This document shows positions 18,550 through 28,671 of a DNA stretch of 64,000 nt, piece by piece (the first letter of the stretch is position 1; every line of letters starts with the position of its first letter). The stretch lies in contig JAUSEG010000005.1 of the NCBI GenBank assembly GCA_030650415.1, positions 23,333 to 87,332 on the forward strand. Reading direction: 5' to 3'. Below the pieces are notes generated by a model, which had not been told where the DNA came from, searched no databases, and saw nothing but the letters and a program-made list of their open reading frames with translations. This stretch comes from a bacterium (GTDB taxonomy: Bacteria > Patescibacteriota > Patescibacteriia > Patescibacteriales > GWC2-42-12). Both the position numbers and the translations under genes were made by a program.

Positions 18550-19136
18550 AATAAACTTATTAATTTATTTTTTAATTTGATATTCCCATAATAAACTGTT
18601 AATACCCCATACTTACTTTTTTTCTTATAGGTTCCTAAACTTCCACTTTTCGTAACAAACGGTTTGTAAAACTGCTTCTTTTCGACTTTCAATTTTTTAG
18701 TCCAATACATTAAAGCTTCATCTATATTAATATCGGAAAAGGTATGTAAATGGAATTTTAAATCTTTTTTATTTATATTAAAAAATTTTATTAAAAATTC
18801 TATAAACTTATTCAATAACGCGGCATCGGAGTTGCCAAGTCTTACCGTATTTTTATTAGCCCTATTGCCTTCACCCCAGTATAATCCAATACCCAAACCA
18901 AACAATTTTGCCTCTTCTAAATTTTTTGGCGAAATAAATTCAAAAGGATCGCCATCCGGATTATGTTTTATATAAACCGCCTCACTTATTGTTCTTTTTG
19001 ATATCTTATATTTTTTCAACCAGTAATTTATTCTATTTGGCGAACAACTAATCAACTTGGAGATTTCTGAGGCAGACTTATGCTGGTCAATATATAAATT
19101 ATTAAGATATTCAAAAGTAATCTCATTGTTCTCCAT
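18540..19136 (-). CDS. Free-standing LAGLIDADG-like homing endonuclease-type protein with N-terminal HTH
   Basis: GLGIGLYWGEG motif followed by VRLGNSD..LL..F..FL; stop codon lies in tRNA-Thr nt 8-10. Confidence 0.7.
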   Translation of the reverse strand: MENNEITFEYLNNLYIDQHKSASEISKLISCSPNRINYWLKKYKISKRTISEAVYIKHNPDGDPFEFISPKNLEEAKLFGLGIGLYWGEGNRANKNTVRLGNSDAALLNKFIEFLIKFFNINKKDLKFHLHTFSDINIDEALMYWTKKLKVEKKQFYKPFVTKSGSLGTYKKKSKYGVLTVYYGNIKLKNKLISLLPL

Positions 19137-19223
19137 AATAAAATTAATTTTTATATTAACCTTACACAGCTAATTATAAAACTAATTTTGACATTGGTCA
19201 ACCAGCTTCTTAAGAAAGAACCA

Positions 19224-19266
19224 CTCTACCGGCTATATGTCTGCTGGCAGACGGCGGTACAACGGC
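19224..19266 (-). pseudogene. Degenerate copy of the tRNA-Thr 5' end interrupted by a small hairpin
   Basis: GCCGTTGTA-[CCGCCGTCTGCCAGCAGACATAT]-AGCCGGTAGAG versus tRNA GCCGTTGTA-GCTC-AGCTGGTAGAG. Confidence 0.6.
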
Positions 19267-19371
19267 ATTATGAATATAAAACCTTATAATACATTAAATC
19301 CCGAATGCTCGGGATTGAAAATTATCTCGCTACACTAGACCTGTCTAGCCGAAAAAAATCAAAAATTTTCT

Positions 19372-20244
19372 CTATAATTCGTCAATCTGCCTCTTAAATT
19401 CAGCGATTTTATTATTCTCCGGATTGGTTTTAAGCAGTTTTTTGTAGGCATCTAAGGCCAGCGCTTTATCTTTTATTATTATACTGATTTCCAGCATCGT
19501 GTCAAGATATTTAGGATTAGCCGGCTCGATTTTTAGAGCCTTTTTTAAGCTGCTTATCGCTTCCGGCCATTTTCCCATAGCCTGATAAACGCTCGCCAAA
19601 TTGAAATGTGTTTGGGCATTTTGTTTATTAACATTAATTAATTTTAAATATTCATCTCGCGCTCCGTCTAAATCCCCTTTTTCTCTGGCAATTTGCGCTA
19701 AATTTTCATAAATATCCTCGTCATCTTCTTTTAATTTTAAAACATGCTCAAAAGTCTGTTTAGCTTCCTCGTATTGTTTCTTTTCGAAATACAGCCGGCC
19801 CAAGGCTTTAAATGCTTCAATATTTTTACTGTCCAAACCGATTATTTCAATGCATTTATTCTCCGCCAAACCTAAATCGCCGCGCTTCTTGCATTCTTCT
19901 ATCTGCCTGAATAACTGCTCGGTTTTTTTATCAAAGTTTAAATTTTCGCCTGCTTCTTTGGTTTGATAATCATTTTTTAATTGATAGAGCTTATGCAGGC
20001 TGAATTTAAAAAATTGGCCAACTCCTCGGGCGGCCGGCGCGGATAATCTGCCTAATTTAGCCGACCATTTTATAATATTTCTCTTTAAACGGTTAGAAAT
20101 AATTCTTTCTTTAAATCTCGCTTCTTTTTCCGCCGGTATGCTGGCGACGTCCAAATTGGCTAAAACAGAAAATTTTCTTACCACAATCACAATAATTATG
20201 CTAAAACTAATTAAAATTAATAACAACGGAACTATATTATACAT
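19372..20244 (-). CDS. Membrane-anchored TPR protein
   Basis: N-terminal TM helix followed by several TPR motifs. Confidence 0.85.
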   Translation of the reverse strand: MYNIVPLLLILISFSIIIVIVVRKFSVLANLDVASIPAEKEARFKERIISNRLKRNIIKWSAKLGRLSAPAARGVGQFFKFSLHKLYQLKNDYQTKEAGENLNFDKKTEQLFRQIEECKKRGDLGLAENKCIEIIGLDSKNIEAFKALGRLYFEKKQYEEAKQTFEHVLKLKEDDEDIYENLAQIAREKGDLDGARDEYLKLINVNKQNAQTHFNLASVYQAMGKWPEAISSLKKALKIEPANPKYLDTMLEISIIIKDKALALDAYKKLLKTNPENNKIAEFKRQIDEL

Positions 20245-20291
20245 AGGTAAAAATCAAAATTATTTTATAAAAATTGGCTTTAATTTACAGT

Positions 20292-21167
20292 TTAAGTCTT
20301 GGTCTCGCCGACCATAAAACGTCCGGCGCTGCCAAATAATTTCATTTTACCAAAAACTACTTTTTCTATCGCTTTAATAGTCGGTTTCAATAAATTTCTG
20401 GGATCGGTTTCATTTTTATTTTCCGAGCAGACCTTTATCAAGGTCTCGCAAAAAGCCACTTTTAAATCAGTGCCAATATTAATTATATTGACCCCCTCTT
20501 TAATCGCTTTTTTTATTTTGACATTACCGACTCCGGAACCGCCATGCAAAACGAAAGGAATGCGCACGGCTTTTTTTATGTCTTTTAACAAACTGAAAAT
20601 AATATCCTCATTACTGTAAATACCGTGAGCCGTGCCAATCGCCGCGGATATCGTATCGACTTTAGTTTCACGGACAAATTTTATTATGTCTTCCAGACTG
20701 GCTAAAGGGATATTCTTTAATTTGCCTCTTATATTCCCGTGTCCGCCGACCATAGCGCCGACTTCGCCTTGAACCCAGACATGCTTGGCGTGCGCCATTT
20801 TCACTATTTGCTTGGTTAATTTTATATTTTCATCTAAAGGCAGGCTGGAGGCGTCGATATGAACCGAGGTAAAGCCGGAGCTAATACATTCAAAAACTGA
20901 ATTGAAGCTCGTGCCATGGTCAAGATGCAAAGCAATCGGCACGTTGGCGGCCACATTTTTAGCTACCGTCGAAACTATATGGGTTATCGGTTTAAGACCC
21001 ATGTACCTTATAGTGCTTTCCGAAACCTGAATAATCGCCGGGGAATTAGCTTTAACCGCGGCTTGAGCTACGCCTAAAACCGATTCTAAAGTTATAACAT
21101 TAAAAGCGCCGATAGCGTATTGGCCAGCTTTGGCTTTTTTTACAAGATCTTTAATGTGAACCAGCAT
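20292..21167 (-). CDS. fba: Class II fructose-bisphosphate aldolase
   Basis: ALHLDHG, IGTAHG, VLHGGSG and INIGT motifs. Confidence 0.93.
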   Translation of the reverse strand: MLVHIKDLVKKAKAGQYAIGAFNVITLESVLGVAQAAVKANSPAIIQVSESTIRYMGLKPITHIVSTVAKNVAANVPIALHLDHGTSFNSVFECISSGFTSVHIDASSLPLDENIKLTKQIVKMAHAKHVWVQGEVGAMVGGHGNIRGKLKNIPLASLEDIIKFVRETKVDTISAAIGTAHGIYSNEDIIFSLLKDIKKAVRIPFVLHGGSGVGNVKIKKAIKEGVNIINIGTDLKVAFCETLIKVCSENKNETDPRNLLKPTIKAIEKVVFGKMKLFGSAGRFMVGETKT

Positions 21168-21185
21168 AAGAGTATAATGAATTAT

Positions 21186-21953
21186 CTATTTAGTTATTTC
21201 TTTAACAACTTTAAAAAAATCATCCGCTTTAAGGCCGACTCCGCCGACCAATAAGCCGTTCATATCTTCTAAATCAGCAAATTTCTTAACGTTTTTGGAA
21301 TTAATGCTGCCACCGTAAATAATTCTAAAATTTTTGCTGACAACCTGCATGCCAAACATGTCGTTTAAAGCCAGCTTGATTATTTTATGGGCATACTCGG
21401 CCTCGCTGGGCTCGATAGCCGTTCCCGTGCCGATGGCCCAAACCGGCTCGTAAGCGATGATTATTTGCTGATTGCCAAAAACGTCAATGCCTGACAAAGC
21501 TTGCTGTAATTGCTCCACTAAAACAAAATCCCGCTTATCCGATTCCTTTTCTTCGATGGTTTCGCCGATGCAAACTATCGGCGCAAGTTTTTCCGTCTCT
21601 AAGACGGCTCTGACCTTTTTATGAATCATCTCATAATTTTCAAATAAATATCTTCGCCTTTCGCTGTGCCCGATAATTACATATTCACAGCCGGCCTCAA
21701 CCAGCATATCAGCCGAAATTTCTCCCGTGTAGGCGCCTTTGTCTTCCCAGAAGACATTTTGCGCCCCAAGCTTAAGCTTGCCGGTTTTTATAATCTTAGC
21801 TACGTGGTCTAAAGTTAAGGTTGATGGGCAAATCACTACTTCGCCTTCTTTAAAACCGGCAAACTTTTCTTTAAATTTTTTCGCCAAAGCTAAAGTCTCG
21901 GACAAATTTAAATTCATTTTCCAATTGGCAATAATAATTTTTTTTGCAAGCAT
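21186..21953 (-). CDS. tpiA: Triosephosphate isomerase
   Basis: ANWKMN, GHSERR, AYEPVWAIGTG and YGGS motifs. Confidence 0.97.
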   Translation of the reverse strand: MLAKKIIIANWKMNLNLSETLALAKKFKEKFAGFKEGEVVICPSTLTLDHVAKIIKTGKLKLGAQNVFWEDKGAYTGEISADMLVEAGCEYVIIGHSERRRYLFENYEMIHKKVRAVLETEKLAPIVCIGETIEEKESDKRDFVLVEQLQQALSGIDVFGNQQIIIAYEPVWAIGTGTAIEPSEAEYAHKIIKLALNDMFGMQVVSKNFRIIYGGSINSKNVKKFADLEDMNGLLVGGVGLKADDFFKVVKEITK

Positions 21954-22036
21954 ATTTCTGTAATTAATAATTATTCCGATTAAGCTATTTTAATCTACAA
22001 ATATTATACCACAGTCAAACGCATTAACCAATTAAT

Positions 22037-23098
22037 TTACGGCCGGCCGTTATAATATAAACCGACTAGTTTTTTAGTTAAATCAAAGCGATCGCTGTCT
22101 TTATCCGCGCCTAAAACCACGGTAATAATCGGCCGGCCTTCATAGTTTTTAAATTGACTGACCAGGCAATAGCCGGAGGAATTAATATGTCCGGTCTTAC
22201 CGCCTAAAATACTAATGCCTTCGTTCGGAAAATTATTTAATAGTTCGTTGGTATTGACGATAGATTTCTCTCGGCCTTGCTCGGTATTGAATTTATAAGC
22301 CTTGGTTAGAGAGGCGCGGCTGATCTCCTGATTGGCCAAGGCGATTTTAGAAAAAATAGCGATTTCTCGGGCGGTCGAAATATTTCCATCATTAAGTCCT
22401 GCCGGATCAACCAGCCTGGTATTCTTTAACCCCAATTCTTTTATTTTATCATTCATTTTTTTAACGAATTCCGTTTCGCTTAAACCGGTAGCCATAACTA
22501 AGGCCTGGGTAGCGGTATTATCCGAACCAACCAGGCTAAAATAAAATAAATCTTTCACTTTAACTTTGTCGCCGGTAAATAAATAAATTTTTCCGCCCTC
22601 GCGCTTATCTTCCGCTTTGATTGTATAAACCGTCTCCCAGCCGGGGTTATAGTCTAAAAACACATAGGCCGTAAATAATTTAGTAATACTGGCTATCGGC
22701 CAGGCCCGATCAGGGCGTTTGGCAAAAAATAAACTATCATCATAATCTAAAATCGCGCCGTTTTGAGCCGAAAAATCATAATCAGTAATAACGGGTTTTG
22801 GTTTTTCTTCCTGTTCTTTCGTAATTTGACGCATTGGCTGATCTAATTGGGGCAGTTGAAAAATTTTCGGCACTGGAAATGACTTTGCGTCTTCGATCGC
22901 TTTAGCAATAGCTTTTTTTAAATTTTCCCTTTGCTCGGCTGAAATTCTTTCCTCACTACTATTTTCGCTAACTCCTAAAACTTTACCGACCTTAGCCGGC
23001 TCGCCATGGTTCGGCATTAAAAAATCCCCCTTAACCAAGAGGCTAAAGTTTAAAAAAACAGCAGAAATTAATAAGCCAATGGCGGCAGGTACCAGCAT
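22037..23098 (-). CDS. D-alanyl-D-alanine carboxypeptidase/endopeptidase (peptidase S11)
   Basis: SxxK (ASITK), SDN and KTG motifs; N-terminal anchor. Confidence 0.9.
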   Translation of the reverse strand: MLVPAAIGLLISAVFLNFSLLVKGDFLMPNHGEPAKVGKVLGVSENSSEERISAEQRENLKKAIAKAIEDAKSFPVPKIFQLPQLDQPMRQITKEQEEKPKPVITDYDFSAQNGAILDYDDSLFFAKRPDRAWPIASITKLFTAYVFLDYNPGWETVYTIKAEDKREGGKIYLFTGDKVKVKDLFYFSLVGSDNTATQALVMATGLSETEFVKKMNDKIKELGLKNTRLVDPAGLNDGNISTAREIAIFSKIALANQEISRASLTKAYKFNTEQGREKSIVNTNELLNNFPNEGISILGGKTGHINSSGYCLVSQFKNYEGRPIITVVLGADKDSDRFDLTKKLVGLYYNGRP

Positions 23099-23121
23099 AA
23101 ACTTAAAATCTTAAACAAACT

Positions 23122-23673
23122 TTAATTATTTACTTCTGCTTCCTTAAGCATTCTGTCTAAAGTCTCGTCCTGATGAAGCCGGGCGTAATCAGGCAAATCG
23201 TCAATTTTATTCAGGCCTAAGAAACGGATAAAATCAAAACTCGCCGTATAGTATGTTTCATTTCTTTTCTTATCAAGCCTGCCTTCAACCAAGCCTCTTA
23301 GAAGCAAATTTCTTAAAATCAAAGCGCAATTTACTCCCCTAATCCTATCCAAATCTATTTTTGAAACCGGTCCGCGATAAGCGATAATCGTTAAAGCCTC
23401 AAGGCTCGGTTTTGATAACTCGCCGGTAGTTTCGTCCTTGATGAATTCTTGAATAATTTTAGCATTATCCGGCGAACTGACCATCTGGTATTTCGCGCCA
23501 TCATTAATAATTTGAATACCGGACTGGCTATTTTTATAGTCCTCCAAGAGCTCGCCGGCCGATTTTATAATTTCTTTTTTATCAGCCTTTAGCAACTCAG
23601 CCAGTTGGTTTACGGTCATCGGCTTAGCCGAAATAAATAATAAAGACTCGATTTTCGATTTTATGAAACTCAT
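23122..23673 (-). CDS. scpB: SMC-Scp complex subunit ScpB
   Basis: IESLLF, LEALTIIAY.GP and IRGVN motifs; the N-terminal extension in the ORF track is repeat-derived. Confidence 0.93.
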   Translation of the reverse strand: MSFIKSKIESLLFISAKPMTVNQLAELLKADKKEIIKSAGELLEDYKNSQSGIQIINDGAKYQMVSSPDNAKIIQEFIKDETTGELSKPSLEALTIIAYRGPVSKIDLDRIRGVNCALILRNLLLRGLVEGRLDKKRNETYYTASFDFIRFLGLNKIDDLPDYARLHQDETLDRMLKEAEVNN

Positions 23674-23693
23674 AATTTTAAATTTAGAAAGTC

Positions 23694-23914
23694 TGTCATT
23701 GCGAGGAGCGAACACAGATCCCTCTCCGCCAACTGGCGGATCGGGACAAGCTTCGCAACCTCTTTGCGTTGTCATTGCGAGGAGCTTCGGCGACGAAGCA
23801 ATCTCACGAATGTCTATGCTCCATTAAATCTCGCCATTATTATATTATTATTTTTCTTCGCCGTTCGTGAGATTGCCGCGCTCTCCGCCAGCTGGCGGAT
23901 CGCTCGCAATGACA
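23694..23914. repeat. Compound TGTCAT...ATGACA element (half element plus full element at 23770-23914)
   Basis: Two left arms, one right arm, two nested TCCGCCARCTGGCGGA. Confidence 0.88.
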
Positions 23915-23946
23915 ATAAAAAATTTCTAACTTTATTTCATATTTAA

Positions 23947-24651
23947 TTATATCCTGTTTATCTCTATTTCTCCGAATAAATCGCCTTGCACGACTACGAC
24001 ATTTCTCTGCTTAATCAATTCCAGCAAGGCCAAAAAACTCACAATAATATTAATTTTATTTTTCTCGCCGGCCAGAAGATGATTAAAAGTAAATTTTATC
24101 CGATCGAGCAAAATCTGCTGAATCGCTAAAATTTTATCTTCAATATTAACTGTTTTTTGCAGATTCTTTTCTTCCAATAACTCAACCGGCCGAACATTTT
24201 TAATGATTTCATTAATCAAGTTTAACAAATCTTTCGCCTTAAGGTCTTTCGGCGGTGAAAAAAACTTAGCATTGGCTAAAAACGCGCGGCGATTGAACTC
24301 CCGAGCAAAGCTGAATCTTTTCTTGCCGATAATGGCTTCTAACTTCTTCGCGGCGTCTAAAAATTCCTTATACATCCTTAACTGATCTTCGAACTCTTTA
24401 ATTTCCTCTTCGGCTTCGCTTTTTAAAAACGGCAGAAGCGCTCGAGATTTAATTAAAAGCAGTTTAGCGGCCACGACTAAAAAATCCGCCAGGTTTTCCG
24501 GCTCCAGCTCCTTTAAGCTGCGAATATAATCGATGTATTGATTGGCAATCTTGGCTAAGCTGATTTCCGTAATATCCATTTCCTCCTTTTCAATCAATTG
24601 CAGAAGCAATCCGAGAGGACCCTCAAATTTGTCTATTTTAAAATTTAGCAT
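23947..24651 (-). CDS. scpA: SMC-Scp complex subunit ScpA
   Basis: FEGPL.LLL.LI, KS..LLP, FLALLEL and Q..LFGEI motifs. Confidence 0.93.
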   Translation of the reverse strand: MLNFKIDKFEGPLGLLLQLIEKEEMDITEISLAKIANQYIDYIRSLKELEPENLADFLVVAAKLLLIKSRALLPFLKSEAEEEIKEFEDQLRMYKEFLDAAKKLEAIIGKKRFSFAREFNRRAFLANAKFFSPPKDLKAKDLLNLINEIIKNVRPVELLEEKNLQKTVNIEDKILAIQQILLDRIKFTFNHLLAGEKNKINIIVSFLALLELIKQRNVVVVQGDLFGEIEINRI

Positions 24652-24680
24652 AATGCGCCTTAAAAAACTTTATAAATATC

Positions 24681-24828
24681 AGCCTGATGAGGCCTTTTGC
24701 TTTTGAGCGCATACAAAATTGTTGCTATTTTTTAGAAAAATATTACAATTATGTAATAAATAAAAATATTTTTCTAAAAAATGCCCAAATTTTGTCTTAA
24801 GTGAAAAAGTAAAAGGCCTCATCAGGCT
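24681..24828. repeat. Long structured hairpin element, related to 17351-17456
   Basis: 24-bp outer stem of different sequence around the same core. Confidence 0.8.
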
Positions 24829-25327
24829 ATTTCTTTTTAACCCCAAAACTGCCTAAAACGGCTTTTTCCAGTTTAACGAAATCCTTAACCGCCATTTCCA
24901 CTGAATGATTAAAACTGCCGGAAGAAAAAATCGCTTTTTTAGTTTCGGATAGTTTTTTCTCCATAATCACGGGCAATTTATGAAAACTGCCAAAAGCGCT
25001 CATGGCGCCGGCCTTAATTTTCAATAATTTTTCCATTACCTCCTCGCCGGGAATTTTTACAACCTTAATCTTTTTTCCAGCGACTTTTCCCATCAGCTGA
25101 GATAATTTTTTAAAATCCAAATTGTGATCGGCCGGCAGTATGGCCAAATAATAATCCTTATCGGCTGCCACCAAAAGTGTTTTGGCAATTTCGTTTAACT
25201 TTTTACCCATGGTGGCCGCCACGTCATAGGCCGTATAAACGGTTTTATGAATTAAGATCTTGTGTTTAGTTTTTGAGTTCTCTAAATATTTGGCTAATTT
25301 TAAGGGAAATTTTTTGATTTTTGACAT
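24827..25327 (-). CDS. YbaK/EbsC family (aminoacyl-tRNA editing-like) protein
   Basis: H..VYTA...A.......IAKTLL, GAM.AFG and GSFNHS patterns. Confidence 0.85.
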   Translation of the reverse strand: MSKIKKFPLKLAKYLENSKTKHKILIHKTVYTAYDVAATMGKKLNEIAKTLLVAADKDYYLAILPADHNLDFKKLSQLMGKVAGKKIKVVKIPGEEVMEKLLKIKAGAMSAFGSFHKLPVIMEKKLSETKKAIFSSGSFNHSVEMAVKDFVKLEKAVLGSFGVKKK

Positions 25328-25358
25328 ATAATTTTAAGTTAGTAATTAGCCCTAAAAC

Positions 25359-26297
25359 TTATCTGACCGGCACGGACACGGGGAAGGGCTTGCCCGATTC
25401 TAATTGCGCGATCCGCTGAGCTAAGCATTGGTAGCCTGAATCATGCAGCCAGCGCGCGTCAATATAAACAGATTTATCGTCAGACTGCTTTTTATTTTCC
25501 GTTCTGAAAGTCGCGCATAGTTCGTAGGAATCATTGCTCTTAATATTATAATCAAAAATCTTATTAGTTGCCGGGTCGGTTAATTCGCTTTCCATAATAG
25601 TATAAATTGAACCGCCGCTAATTAAAGTATTTAAATTCTCCGGCAATCTTTTATTTTCGCCGTAGTAAGCATCAATGGCATAAGCAATCTGGCTGAATTT
25701 ATTTACTATGGTCTGATCGAATTTCTGCTCCCTGACTACGAACGGCGAATCAATAAAGAAAAAACTAGCGATTAGCGCGATCGCCGCTAACCCCATAGAG
25801 CCGTAAAAGTAAACTCTGATGATATTGTTTATCTTATCAACCTCCGCTCTTCTGATGTCGTATAAATAATAGCTGAAAATTATGGCGGAAATTATGATAG
25901 CGGTTAATGATTTTAGAATAAATTTAACCGTCAATTCTCCGCCTAAGAAACTATTGATCGTGCCGATCAGCCAGCCGATCATCACCACGGCGCTAACCAA
26001 TAAGATAAAATAGGTTAACCATTTTCTAATGCCCGAGTCCTTACTGATTTTTCCGGTTGTCAAATTTTTGTTTATAAGCCACATCATAAAAAAATAAATC
26101 GGCGCGGCAATGATGATGGCGGAAATGGCGAACTTTAAGGCGTCTTGGCTAAAACCGCCCGGCGCGATGGCCAATAAATCCAAAATATTTTTATTAATAA
26201 TCTGAAAAACTATCATGCCGGTTGAAAGAGAAATAAAAACCAGAGTTACGAGAGACAGCATATAAAAAAAAGCAAACTTGGCATTTTGTTTTTCCAT
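25359..26297 (-). CDS. Membrane protein (DUF5671-like)
   Basis: AK.AFFY.LSLV, IRKWLTY.IL, FL.GELT..F.LK and YELCATF motifs. Confidence 0.7.
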   Translation of the reverse strand: MEKQNAKFAFFYMLSLVTLVFISLSTGMIVFQIINKNILDLLAIAPGGFSQDALKFAISAIIIAAPIYFFMMWLINKNLTTGKISKDSGIRKWLTYFILLVSAVVMIGWLIGTINSFLGGELTVKFILKSLTAIIISAIIFSYYLYDIRRAEVDKINNIIRVYFYGSMGLAAIALIASFFFIDSPFVVREQKFDQTIVNKFSQIAYAIDAYYGENKRLPENLNTLISGGSIYTIMESELTDPATNKIFDYNIKSNDSYELCATFRTENKKQSDDKSVYIDARWLHDSGYQCLAQRIAQLESGKPFPVSVPVR

Positions 26298-26411
26298 AAA
26301 CTTGTCCCGAGCGCAAGCGAGGGATCTCTCGTCCGCGCTCAATTAGTGAATTATTTTATTGGCAACTTTCGCTGCCGGTTATTAAATATTTTAATAACTA
26401 ATTTTTTTCTC

Positions 26412-26711
26412 CTACACTTCATACTCCTTACATAAATTTTCCATAATTGTTACGACCGAGTCTTCTCCCTGAAAATCAAAATCCGGGCAAATTTTTCTTT
26501 CAATGCCGCTGCTAGCTGTCATGGTATGAAGTAAATAAACTCTATTTGAATTTTTATGTTTCGCTTCTAACTTTCTGGCTTTTTCAACAATTCTGCTATG
26601 AGCTTCAAACCTTTTTTTATTTCCCACGCCGGTCAAACGCTTTCTCATATCTAAAACCCTTCTCTCTAAAGATTCCTCGGTTGGCCGAATTTCCAGCGTT
26701 CTTTCGCTCAT
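26412..26711 (-). CDS. Hypothetical protein
   Basis: 99-aa ORF co-oriented with its neighbours. Confidence 0.6.
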   Translation of the reverse strand: MSERTLEIRPTEESLERRVLDMRKRLTGVGNKKRFEAHSRIVEKARKLEAKHKNSNRVYLLHTMTASSGIERKICPDFDFQGEDSVVTIMENLCKEYEV

Positions 26712-26734
26712 ATAATAAATAAAAAGTCTATATA

Positions 26735-28525
26735 TTAATCTTTCTTGATTTTTATATTTAGCTCTTTCAATTGTTTTTCATAAACTTCGGACGGACTATC
26801 AGTCATTAAATCCTTGCCCTTGCCATCCTTCGGAAAAGCGTAAATATCGCGGATTGAATCCATGTCTCTTAAGACCATTAAAATTCGGTCTACGCCCGGG
26901 GCATTGCCGCCATGGGGAGGAGCGCCGAATTCAAAAGCCCTGATCATAGCGCCAAATCTTTTATCAACTTCTTCGTGAGAATAACCGGCGATTTTAAAAG
27001 CTTCATACATAATTTCCGGCTCATGATTTCTGATAGCGCCGGAAGAGGCCTCAAAACCGTTTATAACTAAATCATATTGATAGGCTAAAATTTCCAAAGG
27101 CTTCATGGTTTTTAAAGCTTTTAAGCCGCCCTGAGGCATGGAAAAGGGATTATGGCCAAAGTCTATTCGGCCTTCCTCAATTTCCGAATAATCATACATG
27201 GGAAAATCCACTACCCAGCACCAAGCCGCTTTGGCATTATCCTTTAAACCTAATCTTAGAGCGCATTCGTTTCTAACCGCTCCCAGGCTCAAGCAAACCG
27301 TTTTCCAGGCGTCAGCGCCGAAAAATACTATATCCCCGGCCTTAGCGTCCAGTTGTTTAACAATCTCCTGCGCCAATTTATCGCCCAAAAATTTAACAAT
27401 CGGAGACTGCAATTCGCCTTTTTCTTTAACAATTATATAGGCTAATCCCTTAGCACCCTTAGCTTTAGCGATTTCGGTTATTTCATCGATCTCTTTGCGT
27501 GAAAATTTCGCCCCGCCTTCAACTTTTAAAGCCTGAACCACGCCGGATTTTTCTATAGACTGGGCAAAGACGGAAAATCCGCAGCCTTTCACTAAATCGG
27601 TAACCGGTTCTATAGCCATTTCAAAACGCAAATCCGGCTTATCCGAGCCGTATTTAGCCATGGCTTCGCGCCAAGGAATCTGCTTAAATCGGCCGTCTTT
27701 CTTTAGTCCGACTAATTTTTTAGCGCTAAAATTTTCCGTTAATTCAATCATCAACGGTTCCATAATTTTAAAAATGTCTTCCTGCTCCACAAAGCTCATT
27801 TCCATATCTACTTGATAGAATTCGCCGTAATGCCGATCCATCCTCGGATCTTCGTCGCGGAAGCAGGGAGCAATTTGAAAATATTTATCCAAGCCGCCGA
27901 CCATTAAAAGCTGCTTAAATTGCTGGGGCGCCTGGGGCAGGGCGTAAAATTTACCGGGATAGAGCCGTGACGGCACTAAGAAGTCGCGCGCGCCTTCGGG
28001 CGAAGAGTTGGCTAAAATCGGCGTTTGAACTTCTATAAAATCATGTTCATGAAAATATTTTCTAATATGCTGAAAAAACTTATCCTTAACTTTAAGCATT
28101 TCCTGGAGTTTCGGCCTTCTTAAATCCACAAAGCGATATTTTAATCTTAAGGCTTCGTTAGCTTCTCCAGCCTTAATTTCGCTTAATTCAAACGGCGGGG
28201 TTTTTGATTTTGATAAAATTTCAATTGAATCGCACTCGATTTCAATCTCGCCGGTGGACAATTTTTTATTAATCATTTCATCCGGTCGAGCCGCGACCTG
28301 GCCTTTGATTTTAATCACCCACTCATGGCGCAACTCATCGGCCGCGGACAGAGCTTCTTGGCTGATTTTCGGATCAAAAGTCAGCTGGGTTAAGCCATAG
28401 CGGTCGCGTAAATCAATAAAAATCAAACCGCCATGATCGCGCCGGCTCTGCACCCAGCCGCAAAGCTCAACGGTTTTTTTTATATCTTTTTTATTCAGTT
28501 CTCCGCAGGTATGTGTTCTAAGCAT
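26735..28525 (-). CDS. aspS: Aspartate-tRNA ligase (RRDHGG suggests the non-discriminating type)
   Basis: RTHTCG, PEGARDFLVP, LPQAPQ.FKQ, CFRDED and PPHGG motifs. Confidence 0.97.
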   Translation of the reverse strand: MLRTHTCGELNKKDIKKTVELCGWVQSRRDHGGLIFIDLRDRYGLTQLTFDPKISQEALSAADELRHEWVIKIKGQVAARPDEMINKKLSTGEIEIECDSIEILSKSKTPPFELSEIKAGEANEALRLKYRFVDLRRPKLQEMLKVKDKFFQHIRKYFHEHDFIEVQTPILANSSPEGARDFLVPSRLYPGKFYALPQAPQQFKQLLMVGGLDKYFQIAPCFRDEDPRMDRHYGEFYQVDMEMSFVEQEDIFKIMEPLMIELTENFSAKKLVGLKKDGRFKQIPWREAMAKYGSDKPDLRFEMAIEPVTDLVKGCGFSVFAQSIEKSGVVQALKVEGGAKFSRKEIDEITEIAKAKGAKGLAYIIVKEKGELQSPIVKFLGDKLAQEIVKQLDAKAGDIVFFGADAWKTVCLSLGAVRNECALRLGLKDNAKAAWCWVVDFPMYDYSEIEEGRIDFGHNPFSMPQGGLKALKTMKPLEILAYQYDLVINGFEASSGAIRNHEPEIMYEAFKIAGYSHEEVDKRFGAMIRAFEFGAPPHGGNAPGVDRILMVLRDMDSIRDIYAFPKDGKGKDLMTDSPSEVYEKQLKELNIKIKKD

Positions 28526-28671
28526 AAATGTTGGCTAATATAAGCTAATATCCCTCATATAGCAGATAAATTAAAAATCTAAATATTGGCTAAATCAGCT
28601 TACAATTAGCTCAATATTCGTGTTTATATTTTAACCTATTTTACCGACTTAAGCAATGTTTTTTGCAAGCG

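Noticed and set aside
23674..23775. N-terminal extensions in the ORF track for scpB (also the S-layer-like, DUF5671-like, ruvX, adk and 45480 ORFs)
   Set aside because: They run through repeat elements or neighbouring genes; downstream ATGs match the expected protein starts
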